The notes under the pieces were generated by a model that was not told where the DNA came from, did not search any database, and saw only the letters and a list, made by a program, of their open reading frames with translations. From Gammaproteobacteria bacterium (GTDB lineage Bacteria; Pseudomonadota; Gammaproteobacteria; CBDBNL01; JAAOII01), in NCBI GenBank assembly GCA_965209035.1, contig OZ242372.1:1568001-1632000 (forward strand): a DNA stretch of 64,000 nucleotides. Direction: 5' to 3'. Shown in pieces: positions 60,649-64,000 of the stretch. The number at the start of each line of letters is the position of its first letter. Within the stretch, counting starts at the first letter, position 1. The translations under genes and the position numbers were made by a program.

Positions 60649-61728
60649 CTAAGAAGTCGTTTTGCGAATGAAGGGAGGCCGCACGATGTCCGCGGCCCGC
60701 ATGCTTCCCCGGATGTCCGCCCGGCAAGAGGTTGCCGCGCGCGGCACTCGTGCCAGGGCGACGGAGTAACCGAGCATCGGTGAAAATCCTCCGCTGGTAA
60801 TGATTCCATCGCCGGCATCCGTTTCAACGCGCATGCCGCCGCGCATGATGCCGCCGCGCAGAGTTAGCCCGATCAGTTTCACAGTGGCGGGAGATTTCTG
60901 CTTTAATGCCTCTCTGCCAATGAAGTTGCGCTCGGCATCTTCGGTATGCACAGTCCATTTGTGTGATGATTCCATGGGGGTATGCCGCTCGTCCAGATCC
61001 TGACCGTAAAGAGCCATACCGTACTCCAAACGCAGCGTGTCGCGTGCCCCCAATCCGCAAGGTCGCACAGCCGCCGCTTTCAACAGATCCCATATCCGCA
61101 TGCCGTGTTGCGCGTCGGTAATCAGTTCGTAACCGTCTTCGCCGGTATAACCGGTGCGGGCGATGCACAGGGCATCCTTTTCGGCGAAATGAAATCGGGG
61201 AATATCCGGCAGATTCAAGGCAGCATACTCGGGCATATGTTCGGACAGAGTTGTATGCAGAATTTGGACGGCTTTCGGTCCTTGCACCGCAAGTATGACG
61301 CGATCGGAGCAACGCCGCACACTGACATCATAATTTTTGGCAACAAGATGCATCCAATTCAAGTCTTTTTCGGCGGTTGCCGCATTCACGATGGCACGAT
61401 AGGCGCAGTCGCTTTTTTTGTAAACTATCAAATCGTCAATCACTCCGCCGTCTTCGTTGAGCATGCATGTATACAGCCCGGCATGGTTCGTGAGTCGGCG
61501 GACATCTCCGCAAAGTAATATTCTGAGAAACTCTGTCACATCCTTTCCTTCAATCCGCAGGGCCGCCATATGGGACACATCAAACATACCCGCGTGCTCG
61601 CGCACGGCCTTGTGTTCTTCCAACTGAGAGCCGTAATGCAGCGGCATATCCCAGCCGGCAAAATCCGTCATCTTGGCGTTCGCCGCGATGTGAGATTCAA
61701 ACAAAGGAGTTCGTTTTAACAATTTCAT
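60649..61728 (-). CDS. gcvT: Glycine cleavage system aminomethyltransferase T
   Basis: FAGWDMP, FDVSHM, RTGYTGEDGYE, GLGARDTLRLE. Confidence 0.97.
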   Translation of the reverse strand: MKLLKRTPLFESHIAANAKMTDFAGWDMPLHYGSQLEEHKAVREHAGMFDVSHMAALRIEGKDVTEFLRILLCGDVRRLTNHAGLYTCMLNEDGGVIDDLIVYKKSDCAYRAIVNAATAEKDLNWMHLVAKNYDVSVRRCSDRVILAVQGPKAVQILHTTLSEHMPEYAALNLPDIPRFHFAEKDALCIARTGYTGEDGYELITDAQHGMRIWDLLKAAAVRPCGLGARDTLRLEYGMALYGQDLDERHTPMESSHKWTVHTEDAERNFIGREALKQKSPATVKLIGLTLRGGIMRGGMRVETDAGDGIITSGGFSPMLGYSVALARVPRAATSCRADIRGSMRAADIVRPPFIRKTTS

Positions 61729-61746
61729 TTTGTTTATTTTACTGCA

Positions 61747-62886
61747 TTATTTGTTGATTTTTTGCGTTAAGGACTCGGATCGTCCGGGAGAAGAATCCGC
61801 CACAATTCTTCTTGTGGGATAAGCAAACTCCGCGCCGTGCTTGCGGACGATGTGCGCCACTTTGAAGAGGATCTCTTCCTTGATTCTGTGAAACTCGGTC
61901 CAATCCGTGGCGGGAGTGACCACCGCAACAAAAAAGATCAACGCCGATTCGCCGTATTCGTCAAAGCGAACAACCCAATTTTCTTTGGTATCCGTGCGTT
62001 GATGCTTGTCTATCGCGACACGAATGTCTTCCAGTATGCCCGGCAGTTTATCCAGATCTTCGTAACGAACGCCAAATCGCTCGTTGAACCGTCTGTGTGT
62101 CATTCTTTGCGGATTTTCCAAATAATGATTCATAAACAGCGCATTGGGCACATAAACGGGACGCCGTTCAAAGTTGCGTATTTTTGTGACTCGCCAATTA
62201 ATTTCTTCCACAACGCCTTCCAATTCGAGAGAGGGGCAACGAATCCAATCGCCCACCACAAAAGGGCGGTCCCAAAATATGAATAGCCCCGAAAGAAAAT
62301 TGGCAACCGTTTCGCGCACGGCAAGACCGACAATGATGCCGCTGATGCCGCCAAAAGCGAGCAGAGCGGAAATGGAAACACCGAGCATACTCATCAGGGT
62401 CAAAGCGAAGACCGCAATAATAGAGGCACGCAGAAACTTGGACATGAATAACAGGGTGGGCAGATCAAAAAAGCCGGGTAAAACGGGAACACCGCTTTTT
62501 CTGAGATGCTCGGGCGTTTGCCGTGCTTTTGTCAGAAATGTTTCCAGTCTGTTGGCAAATCCGAGACAGAACCAGAGAACACCGCCCAGGAAAACATAAG
62601 GTAAAAACTTTTCCGACATCCCGAGGACAGGAATGAACGCGGACATCGGGCCGCTCAGAAACAGGAAGAAAGCCGCAAGGAGTAGAACCGCATAAACAGG
62701 CCATCGGAGGGCTTGTATCGTCAAGTCATCCAGGATGGTGGCAGTTTTCGATGCCCCTTTTATCAGGAGTTTGTAGATCAGATGCCAACCGAACAGGGCA
62801 ACAACCAGTCCGATCAAAATCATCACGGACTCCGCCCGGCTGTTTGAAAGTAACACTTCCCAATCAAAAGAATCAAAAGAGAGCAT
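61747..62886 (-). CDS. MscS-family mechanosensitive channel
   Basis: GGISGIIVGLA, ANFLSG...RPFVVGDWI, GVVEEINWRVT, VPN, FAYPTR. Confidence 0.92.
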   Translation of the reverse strand: MLSFDSFDWEVLLSNSRAESVMILIGLVVALFGWHLIYKLLIKGASKTATILDDLTIQALRWPVYAVLLLAAFFLFLSGPMSAFIPVLGMSEKFLPYVFLGGVLWFCLGFANRLETFLTKARQTPEHLRKSGVPVLPGFFDLPTLLFMSKFLRASIIAVFALTLMSMLGVSISALLAFGGISGIIVGLAVRETVANFLSGLFIFWDRPFVVGDWIRCPSLELEGVVEEINWRVTKIRNFERRPVYVPNALFMNHYLENPQRMTHRRFNERFGVRYEDLDKLPGILEDIRVAIDKHQRTDTKENWVVRFDEYGESALIFFVAVVTPATDWTEFHRIKEEILFKVAHIVRKHGAEFAYPTRRIVADSSPGRSESLTQKINK

Positions 62887-62914
62887 CGGACTATGGACTG
62901 GGCTGGACTACGGA

Positions 62915-64000
62915 CTACCTGACAATTAAACGGGCAACACGATGCTTGCCGACCTGGGCAATATGGTATTCGCCTTTTTTTAGCCGGAAGTCTTTGTCGG
63001 TGATACGCTTTCCGTCGAGCCGCACCGCACCGGCTCGGATCAGACGCATGGCATCGCTGGTGCCGGCTGCCAACGCGGCATCGCGCAGCGCATTGGGCAA
63101 AGCCAGGGTATTGCTTTCGTCCGTTTGGACTTCCCGTTCGGGCAGGTCTTCCGGCAGAATGCCGCGGCTAAACCTGTTCACAAATTCCCGTTCCGCCTCT
63201 TCCGCCGATTGTTTGTCGTGCAACATCGCGAGAATCTTTTTTGCCAAAAGCAGTTTGATGTCCCGCGGGTTTTTGCCACGTTCGGTTTCTTCTTGCATTG
63301 TCCGCAGTTCTTCGGCGGAACAAAGGCTTAAAAGTTTCCAGTATCTCCACATCAGGGTATCCGTCAGGGACATGACCTTGCCGAACATATCGCTCGGGGA
63401 GTCGTTGAAAGCGATGTAATTTTTTAACGACTTGGACATTTTCTTAACGCCGTCCAGTCCTTCCAACAAAGGGAGTGTCATCGCAATTTGCTCTTTTTGT
63501 CCGTATTCGCGCTGAATGCGGCGTCCCGCCAAAAGATTAAAGGTTTGATCCGTGCCGCCCAATTCCACATCGGCCGCCAAGGCGACGGAGTCGTATGCTT
63601 GCATGAGCGGATACAGAAACTCATGCAACGCAATGGCATCGCCGCCGGCATAGCGCGTTGCAAAGTCTTCTCTTTCCAACAGGCGGGCGACAGTGTAGGC
63701 GGACATTAACTTGATCATCTCTTGCGGCTTAAGTTTGTCCGACCACTCGGAGTTGTAGCGTATTTGGGTATTGTGTTTGTCCAGAATGCGATATACTTGA
63801 AGGGCGTAGGTGCGGGCGTTGTCCGCCACTTCTTCGGCAGTCAGAGGAGGGCGTGTTTGGCTTTTACCGCTGGGGTCTCCTATGCGCGCCGTAAAGTCCC
63901 CCACCAAAAAAATAATCGTATGCCCAAACTCCTGGAACTGTTTGAGTTTGTTTAACTGCACCAGATGCCCCAGATGCAGATCCGGTGCCGTGGGGTCAAA
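62915..64000 (-). CDS. tyrS: Tyrosine--tRNA ligase (5' end outside the window)
   Basis: [32 protein letters not shown]-terminal S4 domain. Confidence 0.97.
   Translation of the reverse strand, partial: FDPTAPDLHLGHLVQLNKLKQFQEFGHTIIFLVGDFTARIGDPSGKSQTRPPLTAEEVADNARTYALQVYRILDKHNTQIRYNSEWSDKLKPQEMIKLMSAYTVARLLEREDFATRYAGGDAIALHEFLYPLMQAYDSVALAADVELGGTDQTFNLLAGRRIQREYGQKEQIAMTLPLLEGLDGVKKMSKSLKNYIAFNDSPSDMFGKVMSLTDTLMWRYWKLLSLCSAEELRTMQEETERGKNPRDIKLLLAKKILAMLHDKQSAEEAEREFVNRFSRGILPEDLPEREVQTDESNTLALPNALRDAALAAGTSDAMRLIRAGAVRLDGKRITDKDFRLKKGEYHIAQVGKHRVARLIVR

Overview
64-kb segment of a proteobacterial (Gammaproteobacteria-like) chromosome. The backbone is housekeeping genes in scrambled, partly broken operons: mrcA, purC, dapA, parC, trpA, kdsD, msrA, rnfBC, tRNA-Leu(CAG), malic enzyme, lolB, gshA, ubiEB, sdaA, glyA, nhaD, GH4 alpha-galactosidase with sugar ABC parts, hprA, gcvTHP, mscS, tyrS. 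Five accessory elements stand out. (1) A tandem array of four paralogous FN3/TSP3/GLUG-repeat surface lipoprotein genes: three carry a poly-C tract just after the lipobox (C13 off, C15 on, C16 off, consistent with phase variation) and the fourth is split by an IS481. (2) Two IS481 copies plus a non-autonomous IS481-ended cassette in which a membrane coiled-coil passenger gene replaces the transposase (5-bp TSD intact). (3) An IS1634-family element with a 159-bp target duplication inside a GHKL-ATPase/nuclease restriction gene, and a 429-bp mini derivative with a 295-bp duplication. (4) Integrase-free cargo islands (restriction-modification, AT-rich membrane genes) bracketed by 45-120 bp direct repeats, suggesting cargo insertion by a long-target-duplication mechanism. 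(5) A Panacea-antitoxin/membrane-protein pair and an uncharacterised ferric-reductase-Rieske operon. All calls come from motif reading by eye; no database searches were run.
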